The notes beneath the pieces were generated by a model that was not told where the DNA came from, searched no databases, and saw only the letters and a list, made by a program, of their open reading frames with translations. Positions 20,271-29,428 of a stretch of DNA of 64,000 bases are shown one piece after another. The DNA is taken from contig CAVRVY010000004.1 in NCBI GenBank assembly GCA_963724765.1, forward strand, positions 1,312,001-1,376,000. The letters are read 5' to 3'. How positions within the stretch are numbered: position 1 is the first letter of the stretch; each line of letters starts with the position of its first letter. Position numbers and translations under genes: made by a program. This stretch comes from an uncultured delta proteobacterium (GTDB taxonomy: Bacteria > Desulfobacterota > Binatia > Binatales > Binataceae).

Positions 20271-20771
20271 GTGAATGGCGATTCATCCTCGCCCGACCTC
20301 GCCGGCCTGCTGCGCCAGCTGCCGCATCGTTACCCGTTCCTGATGGTCGACCGGGTGTTGGAGTTGGGCGACAACCGGGTGCTCACGCTTAAGAACGTAA
20401 GTATCGACGAGCCCTTCTTCAACGGTCATTTTCCCGGACGCCCGGTGATGCCGGGGGTCCTGGTGGTCGAGGCGATGGCGCAATCGGGCGCGCTGCTCGC
20501 GCTCGGCCTTATGAACGCCGCAAACACGAACATCGAAAAGATGAGCGCCGAGATGAGCGCGCAGCGCCCGGCCGCGCTGTTCATGCTCACCGGCATCGAC
20601 CGGCTGCGTCTGCGCCGCCCCGTGGTGCCCGGCGATCAGTTGCGGATAGAGGTGCGGCTGCTCAAGCATCATCGCCCGCTGTGGAAGATGCACGCCGAGG
20701 CGCGGGTGGACGGCGAACTGGTGGCCGAGGCCGACTTGTCAGCGATGGAAGTCCAGGAGTCAACGCCATAG
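20271..20771 (+). CDS. fabZ: 3-hydroxyacyl-ACP dehydratase
   Basis: LPHRYPFLMVDRV, FFNGHFPGRPVMPGVLVVEAMAQ; start GTG 20271. Confidence 0.95.
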   Translation: MNGDSSSPDLAGLLRQLPHRYPFLMVDRVLELGDNRVLTLKNVSIDEPFFNGHFPGRPVMPGVLVVEAMAQSGALLALGLMNAANTNIEKMSAEMSAQRPAALFMLTGIDRLRLRRPVVPGDQLRIEVRLLKHHRPLWKMHAEARVDGELVAEADLSAMEVQESTP

Positions 20772-21559
20772 CCGGGCGCATCCATCCAAGCGCCGTCATC
20801 GACCGGCGCGCCGAACTCGATTCCAGCGTCGAGGTCGGCCCGGGAACGGTCATCGGCCCCGAAGTACGCATCGGTGCCGCCACCCAGATCGGCCCTTACG
20901 CGGTTATCGAAGGCCATACCACAATTGGCGCGCGCAACCGGATTTTTCAGTTCTCCTCGATCGGCGCCGCGCCGCAGGACCTCAAGTATCACGACGAGCC
21001 CTCGCGCCTGGAAATCGGCGACGACAACCGCATCCGCGAGTTCACCACCATCCATCGCGGCACCGAGGGCGGCGGGATGCTCACGCGCATCGGCAACTAC
21101 GTGCTGGTGATGAACTACGTGCACGTCGCACACGACTGCCTCATCGGCGACCATTCTATCCTGGCCAACTCGACCGAGATCGCCGGCCACTGCGTGCTCG
21201 ACGAATGGGTCGTCACCGCCGGGATGTGCGGCATCCATCAGTTCAGCCGCATCGGCGCGCACGCGATGCTCGCGGCCGGCTCCAAGGTCGCGCAGGACGT
21301 GCCGCCGTACGCGATGGTCGCGGGCGACCGCGCCCGCATGGTCGGGATCAATGCCGTCGGGCTGGAGCGCCGCGGCTTTCGCCCCGGGGTCGTCGCCGCT
21401 TTGCGGGCTGCCTTCCGCACGCTGTTCTATTCCAAGCTGCTGCGCGAAGATGCGCTCACGCAGGTGCTCGACGAGCACGGCACACTGCCCGAGGTCCGCC
21501 GGCTGGTCGATTTCATCCGCGCCTCCGAGCGCGGCGTGGTAAGCCGCGACCGTGAATAA
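20768..21559 (+). CDS. lpxA: Acyl-ACP--UDP-GlcNAc O-acyltransferase (probable ATA start)
   Basis: IHPSAVI, hexapeptide repeats, PQDLKY, IREFTTIHRGT, HVAHDC, HQF, QDVPPY. Confidence 0.95.
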   Translation: MAGRIHPSAVIDRRAELDSSVEVGPGTVIGPEVRIGAATQIGPYAVIEGHTTIGARNRIFQFSSIGAAPQDLKYHDEPSRLEIGDDNRIREFTTIHRGTEGGGMLTRIGNYVLVMNYVHVAHDCLIGDHSILANSTEIAGHCVLDEWVVTAGMCGIHQFSRIGAHAMLAAGSKVAQDVPPYAMVAGDRARMVGINAVGLERRGFRPGVVAALRAAFRTLFYSKLLREDALTQVLDEHGTLPEVRRLVDFIRASERGVVSRDRE

Positions 21560-22409
21560 GCTCGGAATCATCGCCGGCAACGGAGTCTTCCCCCTCGAGG
21601 TCGCGACGGCGGCGCGCCGGCGCGGCTACACGGTGGTCGCGGTCGCGCATCGCGGCGAGACCGACGAGCGGCTGGCCGCGCTGTGCGAGGAGATAACCTG
21701 GATCCGCGTGGGCGAGCTGCAAACCATGATCGACACGTTCAAACGTGCCGGCGTCACCGAGGCCGCGATGGCGGGCGGAATTGCGCGCGCGCGCCTGGGC
21801 GAATCGTTCGCGCCCGACGCGCGGGCGATCACGATGCTCGCGCGCGTGGGCCGCTTCAGCGACGACGCGCTGTTGCGCGCCGTCGCGGCCGAGGTGGAAT
21901 CGGACGGCATCGCGATGATCGATCCGGTGCCGCTGCTCGACAACGCGCTCGCGGGGCGCGGCCGGATGGCCGGGCCCGAGCCCAGCGCGGCGCAGCTCAA
22001 GGATCTGCGATTGGCCTTCGGCGTGATGCGCGCGCTCGGCAGCTTCGACGTGGGCCAGGCCGCCGCGGTACGCGACGGCGTGGTGGGCGCGATCGAGGCG
22101 GTCGAGGGTACCGACGCAGCGCTGCGCCGCGCGGCGGCACTATGTGGCCGCGGCCTGGTCGTCGCCAAGGCGGCCAAGCCGGGCCAGGACCTGCGCTTCG
22201 ACCGCCCCGCGATCGGGCCGGCGACGATCGATCTCCTGAGCGAAATCGGCGCCGCGATGATCGGCGTCGAAGCCGGGCAGGCGCTGATTCTCGAACGCGC
22301 GCGCACGCTCGCCGCCGCCGCCAGCGCCGGAATCACGGTATGGGGCGATGCCGGGGAACGGGGCGCGGAAGCTGGCGCAGAAACTGGCACAGAATCTGAC
22401 AATGGATGA
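21552..22409 (+). CDS. lpxI: UDP-2,3-diacylglucosamine pyrophosphatase LpxI (DUF1009)
   Basis: LGIIAGNG.FP, DVGQ, AIEAVEGTD, KPGQDLRFD.PAIG. Confidence 0.92.
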   Translation: MNKLGIIAGNGVFPLEVATAARRRGYTVVAVAHRGETDERLAALCEEITWIRVGELQTMIDTFKRAGVTEAAMAGGIARARLGESFAPDARAITMLARVGRFSDDALLRAVAAEVESDGIAMIDPVPLLDNALAGRGRMAGPEPSAAQLKDLRLAFGVMRALGSFDVGQAAAVRDGVVGAIEAVEGTDAALRRAAALCGRGLVVAKAAKPGQDLRFDRPAIGPATIDLLSEIGAAMIGVEAGQALILERARTLAAAASAGITVWGDAGERGAEAGAETGTESDNG

Positions 22410-23355
22410 GATTCGCGTGGCCGTGGTCGGCGCCGGCCGGCTTGGCGCGCTGCACGCGCTCAAGTACGCGGGGCTCGCCGGCGTCCGGCTGACCCACGTC
22501 GTCGACGTCGACCCCGCGCACGCACGCGACACCGCCGAGCGTCACGGCGCGGCGGCGCTCGCGGACTATCGCGATCTCAAGGGCCAGGTCACGGCCGTCA
22601 GCGTCGCTGCGCCCGGCAGTCTCCATCACGAGATCGCATCGTGGCTGCTCGCCAACGGCATTGACGTGCTGCTCGAAAAACCGATGGCGGCGAGCGTGCA
22701 CGAGGCGCGTGAACTGGCCGTGCTGGCCGAGCGTAACGGCCGCATCCTGCAGATCGGCCATCTCGAGCGCTTCAACCCTGCGATCGTCGAACTGCGCCCG
22801 ATGGTCCGCGGGCCGCGCTTCATCGAATGCCTGCGCGTCGCTCCGTTCACCGAGCGCGGCACCGACGTCGACGTGATCCTCGATTTGATGGTGCACGACC
22901 TCGACGTCATCCTGACGCTCACCACGGCCGAGGTCGCGGCGGTCGAGGCGATCGGCGTCGCAGTCCTGACCGAGCAGGTCGACGTCGCCAATGCGCGGCT
23001 ACGTTTTAGCGACGGGCTTATCGCCAATCTCAACACCAGCCGCGTCGCGCCGCGCCGCGAACGCAAGATCAGACTCTTCCAGCCCGACGCCTACCTCTCC
23101 GTCGACTACGAAGCGCGCCGCATCCAGGTCTACCGCAAGTCGCCGCCGCCGCCCGGCGGGATTTATCCGGAAATTTCCGCTCAGCAGATCGATCTCGGCG
23201 AGGGCGATCCGCTGGCTGACGAGATCGCCGCTTTCGCCGCTTCGGTGCGCACGCGCCGCTCACCGGCGGTCACTGCGCTCGACGGTTTGCGCGTAATGGA
23301 AGTGAGCGAGCGCATCCGCGACGCGATGCGCGCCGAAGCGGGCACGCGCAGTTGA
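22402..23355 (+). CDS. Gfo/Idh/MocA oxidoreductase, GnnA-like UDP-GlcNAc 3-dehydrogenase
   Basis: GAGRLG, LLEKPM, QIGHLERFNP, RGTDVDVILDLMVHDLD; position between lpxA/lpxI and lpxB. Confidence 0.85.
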   Translation: MDEIRVAVVGAGRLGALHALKYAGLAGVRLTHVVDVDPAHARDTAERHGAAALADYRDLKGQVTAVSVAAPGSLHHEIASWLLANGIDVLLEKPMAASVHEARELAVLAERNGRILQIGHLERFNPAIVELRPMVRGPRFIECLRVAPFTERGTDVDVILDLMVHDLDVILTLTTAEVAAVEAIGVAVLTEQVDVANARLRFSDGLIANLNTSRVAPRRERKIRLFQPDAYLSVDYEARRIQVYRKSPPPPGGIYPEISAQQIDLGEGDPLADEIAAFAASVRTRRSPAVTALDGLRVMEVSERIRDAMRAEAGTRS

Positions 23356-23393
23356 CGCGTCGCCACTGCCGCGCAAGCATCATCACATCCGGC

Positions 23394-24029
23394 ATGAGGC
23401 TCCGATCCACAATTGCGATGCTAGCGATTGCCGCGGGATTGGCGACAACCCTCGCGACAGCGCTTACCATTGGACTTGCGGGCTGCTCGTCCCACCCCAC
23501 CGACGTCGTCGAACCTGGCTCTTACGCCGCCGCCAATTCAAGCGATTGTCTGCCCGCAGTTACGCTTGTGGACCAGCACGGCCACGACGTCACGCTCGCT
23601 TCGCTCAAGGGCCGTTCCGTGCTGATCGATTTCATCTACACCGCCTGTCCAGGGCCGTGCCCGCTGATGACCTCGCGGATGGCCGCGGTGGCCAAGCTGC
23701 TGGGACCGAAGCTTGGCAGTCAAGTGACCTTTGTCTCGATATCGATCGATCCTGAGCATGACCGGCCGGCCGAACTCGAGAAGTACGCACGCGAACGCGG
23801 CGCCGACGATGCGGGATGGCTTTTTCTGACCGGAACGCCCGCGCAGATCGATCAAGTGCTCGCGCTTTATCATCTGAAGCGCCTGCGCAATCCCGACGGC
23901 ACTGTGAATCATGCGGCGGCGAGCTTTCTACTCGGCCCCGACGGCCATCAGGTGCGCCAATATCAGCCGCTGGAGGTCAAGGCCTCCGCCGTCGTGGCGG
24001 ATATCGATCGAGTGCTCGGCCGAAGTTAG
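23394..24029 (+). CDS. SCO1/SenC family copper chaperone lipoprotein
   Basis: Lipobox LAGC, FIYTACPGPCP (CxxxC), ISIDPEHD, WLFLTG, conserved His (VNH). Confidence 0.9.
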   Translation: MRLRSTIAMLAIAAGLATTLATALTIGLAGCSSHPTDVVEPGSYAAANSSDCLPAVTLVDQHGHDVTLASLKGRSVLIDFIYTACPGPCPLMTSRMAAVAKLLGPKLGSQVTFVSISIDPEHDRPAELEKYARERGADDAGWLFLTGTPAQIDQVLALYHLKRLRNPDGTVNHAAASFLLGPDGHQVRQYQPLEVKASAVVADIDRVLGRS

Positions 24030-24038
24030 CCGAGCACC

Positions 24039-24491
24039 TCAGCTATGGTTAGGCAAATGGCGGCTGGGATGGCGGACCACCATCACCGGAACATTCGCGC
24101 TGCGCAGGATTTTATCGACCGTACCGCCGAGCAACAGGTTGCGCAGCGAGCCGCCGCCATGCGTACCCATCACGATCACGCCGGCATGCTTTTCCTCGGC
24201 CGTCTTGAGAATTTCCAGCGGCGCCTCGCCCTCCTTGGTGGAAAGCTCGAAGTTGGTGAAGCCCGCCAGGACGTCGTCGAAACGATGGATCAATTCGTGA
24301 ACTTTCTTAATCGCGTTCGCTACGAGTGCGGGATATTCGCCGTGCGGCTCGCCGTAAAGATGCTCGAGCGGATTCTCGATCACGTGAAGGATGAACAGCT
24401 TGGTGCTGCACAGCTCGGCGAGCGTCCGCGCGTAGGTCAGGGCGTAGCCTGAATCCTCGGAGAAGTCCGTCGCGAAGAGAACGTTTTCCAT
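24039..24491 (-). CDS. Universal stress protein
   Basis: VLFATDFS, LHV, IVMGTHG..LLLGGTVDKILRSANVPVMVV. Confidence 0.92.
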   Translation of the reverse strand: MENVLFATDFSEDSGYALTYARTLAELCSTKLFILHVIENPLEHLYGEPHGEYPALVANAIKKVHELIHRFDDVLAGFTNFELSTKEGEAPLEILKTAEEKHAGVIVMGTHGGGSLRNLLLGGTVDKILRSANVPVMVVRHPSRHLPNHS

Positions 24492-24722
24492 CTTCACCAC
24501 AGCTTGGCTCCCACTATCCGGGCCGCTCGCGCGAGGCACGCCCGCTTCAACATAGATCTCGATAGATCTCGCGCGAAAATTACTTTGTTTACCGTCTAAC
24601 TGCAAGCCAGACACGGTTCAAAGCTGCAGGGTGTCAAAGAATCTGCCCGCGAGCGTTGCCGATAACGCTAAGGCTGGCGAGCCGTGTGGCGCGCGGCGCG
24701 CTTTTCCAGCACAATTCATCCG

Positions 24723-25901
24723 ATGAGCGCGACTCCCTGGGAACAATCGCCAGCCGCCCCCGCCTCGCCTCGACGCCGTCGCGTGATGATTGTCGCCGGC
24801 GAGGCCTCCGGCGACCTCCACGGCGCCGACCTCGCCGCGCAGATTTTCGCCCGCGATCCCCAGTGCGATCTGTTCGGCGTCGCCGGCGAGCGGATGCGCG
24901 CGGCCGGCGTCCGCGCGCTCACCCGCACCGAGGACATCGCCGGCCTCGGCCTTGCCGAACTCGCTTCGACCATCTGGAGCACGCTCGGCGTGCTGCGCAA
25001 GCTCAAGGCCTTGCTGCATAGCGAGCGGCCCGACCTCGTCATCCTTATCGACTTCGCCGAGTTCAACATGTCGCTCGCGCGTGCCGCCAAACGCTCCGGT
25101 GTCCCAGTGCTGTACTACATCACGCCCCAGGTCTGGGCGTGGCGGCGCGGCCGCGTGGCCCGCATCATCGAGCGCACCGACCGGCTCGCCGTAGTGCTGC
25201 CATTCGAGGCCGAACTCTACGCAGGAGCCGGCCCGCGCGTCACCTTCGTCGGCCATCCGCTGCTCGACCGCGTCGCGCCCGCGCAGGATCGCCCGGCCAC
25301 GCTCAAACGCCACGGACTGCCGGCTCACGCGCGACTGCTGGCGCTATTGCCCGGCAGCCGGCGCGGCGAGGTACGTTACCTGCTGCGCCCGATGGTCGAG
25401 GCGGCGCGCGTGCTCGAGGCCGATCATGGTCTCACTGCGGTGATCGCGCTCGCGCCGACGCTCACGCTCGCACAACTGCGCGAAGAAGGCCGAGTCAACC
25501 TCGACGGTATCCGCGTCATAGACGGCGATACCTACAGTATCGTCGCGGCGAGCGAGCTTGCGCTTGCGGCCTCTGGTACGGCGACGCTCGAGACCGCGCT
25601 TTTGGGCTGCCCGATGGTGGTGGCGTACAAGATGTCGCCGCTGACCTACGCGCTCGCGCGGGTGCTAGTGCGCGGAGTCGATTTCATCGCGATGCCTAAT
25701 ATTCTGGCCGGACGCGAAATCGTGCCCGAGCTTATCCAGGGCCGAGTCAATGTGCGCAACCTGGTGCGCGCGGCAGAGAACCTGATGGTCGAGCCGCTGC
25801 GCACCGAGACGCGCGACGCGCTGCTGGCGCTGCGCGCTCGCCTCGGCGAGCCGGGAGCTGCCGCGCGCGTCGCCGCGATCGCGCTGGAAATGATGGCGTA
25901 A
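24723..25901 (+). CDS. lpxB: Lipid A disaccharide synthase
   Basis: AGEASGDLHG, YYITPQVWAWR, LPFE, FVGHPL, LLPGSR, ASGTATLE. Confidence 0.96.
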   Translation: MSATPWEQSPAAPASPRRRRVMIVAGEASGDLHGADLAAQIFARDPQCDLFGVAGERMRAAGVRALTRTEDIAGLGLAELASTIWSTLGVLRKLKALLHSERPDLVILIDFAEFNMSLARAAKRSGVPVLYYITPQVWAWRRGRVARIIERTDRLAVVLPFEAELYAGAGPRVTFVGHPLLDRVAPAQDRPATLKRHGLPAHARLLALLPGSRRGEVRYLLRPMVEAARVLEADHGLTAVIALAPTLTLAQLREEGRVNLDGIRVIDGDTYSIVAASELALAASGTATLETALLGCPMVVAYKMSPLTYALARVLVRGVDFIAMPNILAGREIVPELIQGRVNVRNLVRAAENLMVEPLRTETRDALLALRARLGEPGAAARVAAIALEMMA

Positions 25902-25981
25902 AGTCCGCCGGGGCGACGGACCGCGGCCGCGCCGTATCGGCAGCCGGCGGGCGACCATCGCGTCAACTCGGCGGTAGTGGG

Positions 25982-27253
25982 ATGCTTCGTCACTTGTATA
26001 ATGCGCTCTGGTACCCGGCACTGCCGCTTGCGCTAGCGCTAAGCGGCGGAGCGCGCGACGCCGGAACGCGGCGCGCGCGCATGGGAATGGCGTGGGCGAG
26101 CGACGGCGCGGCGCCCGCTGCCGCACCGCGAATCTGGGCGCATGCGGCGTCAGTGGGCGAAGTAGAAGCGTTGCGCGCCGTCGTGACGGCGCTGTTTCGC
26201 GAGCACCCCGGCGCGACCCTGGTCGTCACCACGATGACCGCCGCGGGGCGCGACGCCGCGCGGCGCTCGATTCCCGGTGCGCGGGCCCATCTGCTCGCAC
26301 CGCTCGACTGCCACCGCGCGCTGCGCCCCTTTCTGGACGCGCTCCGTCCCACGCTGGTGCTGATCGCGGAGACCGAGCTGTGGCCGAACTATTTCATCGA
26401 GTCGCATCGCGCCGGCGCGCGCGTCGCGATCGTCAACGGCCGCATCTCCGAACGTACGCTCGGCCGTTACCGCTGTGTTCGCCCGCTGCTTCGCGAAGCG
26501 CTAGCCTCAGCCGATCTCGTTCTCACCCAGACCGATGACGACGCGCGCCGTTTCCTCGCGCTCGGCGCGCCGCCGAGCCGTGTCATCGTGACCGGCAACA
26601 CCAAGTTCGATCTCGAGAGCCTCAACGCCGCACCGCTGCGCCCTGAGCTTCAGTCTTTCGCGCCCGGATGCCCGATACTGGTCGCCGGCTCGACCGCGCC
26701 GGGCGAGGAGCAAATCGTCGTCGACGCGTGGCGTGAACTGCGCATCCGCTTCGACCAACTGGCCCTCGCCCTCGCGCCGCGCCATCTCGAACGCGTCGCG
26801 GAAATCGAAGGAGTCCTGCGCGCCGCGGAAATCGAATACTCAAAGGCGAGCGCCCCGGACGCGGCCGCCGCCGGCACCTCCCGCGTGCTGCTGCTGGACA
26901 CGATGGGCGAGCTGCGTGCGATGTACGGACGCGGCATGGCCGCTTTCGTCGGCGGCAGCCTGATGCCCGGTCGCGGCGGACAGAGTCTTGCCGAGCCGGC
27001 CGCGGCCGCAGTGCCGGTGCTGTTCGGGCCCTTCCACGACAATCAGCGCGCCATAGCCTCGGCGCTGCTGGAGGCTCGGGCCGCGGCGGTGGTGCGTGAC
27101 GCCGCTGAACTCGCACGGGCCGTGGCTGCATTTCTCGACGACGAGGCCGAGCGACTGGCCGCCGGACTCCGCGCGCGCGCGGTGGTGGAACGGATGGGCG
27201 GCGGGGTCGCCGCAACCTTGATGCGTTTGCGGCCGCTGATTAGCGTGACCTGA
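25982..27253 (+). CDS. waaA: Kdo transferase
   Basis: WAHAASVGE, ETELWPN, NGRIS, GNTKFD, APRH, DTMGEL, FVGGSL. Confidence 0.95.
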   Translation: MLRHLYNALWYPALPLALALSGGARDAGTRRARMGMAWASDGAAPAAAPRIWAHAASVGEVEALRAVVTALFREHPGATLVVTTMTAAGRDAARRSIPGARAHLLAPLDCHRALRPFLDALRPTLVLIAETELWPNYFIESHRAGARVAIVNGRISERTLGRYRCVRPLLREALASADLVLTQTDDDARRFLALGAPPSRVIVTGNTKFDLESLNAAPLRPELQSFAPGCPILVAGSTAPGEEQIVVDAWRELRIRFDQLALALAPRHLERVAEIEGVLRAAEIEYSKASAPDAAAAGTSRVLLLDTMGELRAMYGRGMAAFVGGSLMPGRGGQSLAEPAAAAVPVLFGPFHDNQRAIASALLEARAAAVVRDAAELARAVAAFLDDEAERLAAGLRARAVVERMGGGVAATLMRLRPLISVT

Positions 27254-27256
27254 GCG

Positions 27257-28435
27257 ATGACCAGTTCTACGCCAGCACCACCGAATCGTTCGCGCCTGGA
27301 GCGGTTGTGGCAGAACGACCTCGCGCTCCACGAGCGGCTGTTATGGGCCGCGCTGGTGCCCGCGGCCGGCGCTTATCGGGTCGCCCTGGCGGCGCGCGCC
27401 CTATGGTGGCGCAGGATGAAACGGCGCGTGCGCCCGCTGGTGGTGAGCGTCGGCAATCTAACGCTGGGCGGCAACTCCAAGACGCCCTTCACGCTGTTTC
27501 TTGCCTCGCGCCTGCGCATGCGTGGGTTGCGGGTCGCGATCGTGAGCCGCGGATGGGGCCGAGCGCCGAGCGCCGAGCGCGCGATTCTGGTTTCCGACGG
27601 CGAGCGGCTGCTCGCCAGCCTCGACGCGGCCGGCGACGAGGCGGTGATGATGGCGAAATCGTTCGCCGGTCCGATCGCGGTCGCGCGCCGGCGTATCGAC
27701 GGCATCGAGCTTATCGAACGGCGGCTCGGCCCGCTCGACGCCGTGGTGCTCGATGACGCTTTTCAGCACGTGCGCCTGGGACGCGACGTCGATCTGCTGT
27801 TGATGAACGCCGAGCGCGCAGTGGGCAACGGATGGTTGTTGCCGGCGGGCCCGATGCGCGAGCCGCTTCGCGCCGCGCGGCGCGCCGACGCGGTGATCGC
27901 GGTCGATGCGGACGGCGCCGGCGCCGCGGCCGAACGCGCGTCGGTGGCGGTCCCGCGCGCAATTGCCGCGCATCCGCGGCTACTGCGCGCCACGCTCAGG
28001 CCACGCGCGCTGGTTACGCCCGCCGGCGCGGCGGCACGATGGGTCGAAGGGCCATTGTCGCTGATGGGCCGCCGGGTAGTCGCGGTCAGCGGGCTTGCCA
28101 GCGCCGGCGGTTTTTATCGCATGCTGCGCGAGATGGAAACCGACCTGGTCGGCGTGCTCGAATATCCCGACCATCATGTGTACACGGCGGCCGACTGGCA
28201 CAGTATCGTCGCCGCCGGGCGCGGCGGCGCGGTGTTCGTGACCACCGAAAAGGATCTGGTGAAACTCGAGCGGTTTCCGTTCGAGCGCGATTCGCTGTAC
28301 GCTTTACGGCTCGAAGTCGTGATGGATCTCGATGACGAAACACGCCTCGTCGAAATGATCGTTGCGGCGCGCTCCGCCATGAGTGCCAATCCCGACCCGG
28401 AAACAAAGGAGGCCTTTGGCAAAAATGGCCGTTAG
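27257..28435 (+). CDS. lpxK: Tetraacyldisaccharide 4'-kinase
   Basis: VSVGNLTLGGNSKTP, SRG, GDE, LDDAFQH, LPAGPMREP, YPDHH, TTEKD. Confidence 0.94.
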   Translation: MTSSTPAPPNRSRLERLWQNDLALHERLLWAALVPAAGAYRVALAARALWWRRMKRRVRPLVVSVGNLTLGGNSKTPFTLFLASRLRMRGLRVAIVSRGWGRAPSAERAILVSDGERLLASLDAAGDEAVMMAKSFAGPIAVARRRIDGIELIERRLGPLDAVVLDDAFQHVRLGRDVDLLLMNAERAVGNGWLLPAGPMREPLRAARRADAVIAVDADGAGAAAERASVAVPRAIAAHPRLLRATLRPRALVTPAGAAARWVEGPLSLMGRRVVAVSGLASAGGFYRMLREMETDLVGVLEYPDHHVYTAADWHSIVAAGRGGAVFVTTEKDLVKLERFPFERDSLYALRLEVVMDLDDETRLVEMIVAARSAMSANPDPETKEAFGKNGR

Positions 28436-28595
28436 CCAGGAACTGCTCGACATTCTGGCCTGCCCGAAGTGCAAGGGCGACCTGCACGTGACCGACAGGC
28501 AGGACGGACTCGTCTGCGACACCTGCCATCTGCTCTACCCGATTAAGGACGACATCCCGATCATGCTGATCGAGGAGGCGCAGGCAGTGAAGTGA
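28425..28595 (+). CDS. ycaR: Trm112/YcaR family protein
   Basis: LLDILACPKCKG..LVCDTC..YPIKDDIPIML; follows lpxK. Confidence 0.92.
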   Translation: MAVSQELLDILACPKCKGDLHVTDRQDGLVCDTCHLLYPIKDDIPIMLIEEAQAVK

Positions 28596-28623
28596 GGCGG
28601 TTGCGGAGGGCCGCGGCCGTGCG

Positions 28624-29391
28624 ATGAATATCGCGAACCATCCCGTTTCGCGCGCCGCCGCCGCGCGCGAGTTCTCCCGAATCTCGGCCGGCCCCTTCCA
28701 GCTTTACCTGCGCGCCGACCTGGCGCCTCATGCGGCGGCGCTCGCGGTCGCGCTCGGCGAGTTGGGCGCCGTCGGTTCTACCGGCACGGGTAATCGAGGC
28801 ACCGGCAATCGCGGCGGCGGCTTCAGGCTCGCGTTACCCGGCTGCCCGGAGCTGTTCGCGCGCCGCTCGCGGCGCGGCGGCGCGATGCGCCTGTTGCTCG
28901 ACGATCTCTACTTCGGACTCCATCCACGGCCGCTCAGCGAGTTGCTGGTCACCGCCGAGGCCGCGCGGCGGGGCGTGCCGCTGGCCGAGCCAATGGGCGC
29001 AGCAATACGATGGATCGCGCCGGGGCTTTACCGCGGCTTTTTTATCACGCGCGCAGCGGCCGGTATGACGCTATGGGAATTTCTGCGCACCGACGACGAC
29101 GCAGGCGTGCGCGCCCATGTGCTCGAGCGCGCGCGTGAGGCGATCGAGACGATGCTCCGGGTGGGCCTGTACCATCCCGACCTCAACCTTAACAACCTCT
29201 TCGTGACTCCGCATGGCGAGAGCTTCGCCGTCATCATCCTCGACCTCGACAAGGCGCGGCTACACGACCGCTCTTTAAGCGCCGCAGCCCGCCGCCGGAT
29301 CGCGGCGCGTCTTAAGCGCTCGGCGCACAAGCTCGATCCGCGCGGACGTTTCCTCGATACGGCCGCATTGTCTATTCTGAATTTCGCCTGA
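28624..29391 (+). CDS. kdkA: Kdo kinase KdkA-like LPS kinase
   Basis: RRGG..DDLY, YHPDLNLNN, DLDK, RLKRS. Confidence 0.75.
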   Translation: MNIANHPVSRAAAAREFSRISAGPFQLYLRADLAPHAAALAVALGELGAVGSTGTGNRGTGNRGGGFRLALPGCPELFARRSRRGGAMRLLLDDLYFGLHPRPLSELLVTAEAARRGVPLAEPMGAAIRWIAPGLYRGFFITRAAAGMTLWEFLRTDDDAGVRAHVLERAREAIETMLRVGLYHPDLNLNNLFVTPHGESFAVIILDLDKARLHDRSLSAAARRRIAARLKRSAHKLDPRGRFLDTAALSILNFA

Positions 29392-29428
29392 CTATCCGTG
29401 CGGCTGAGAACGCAGGAGGGTGCCGTCG

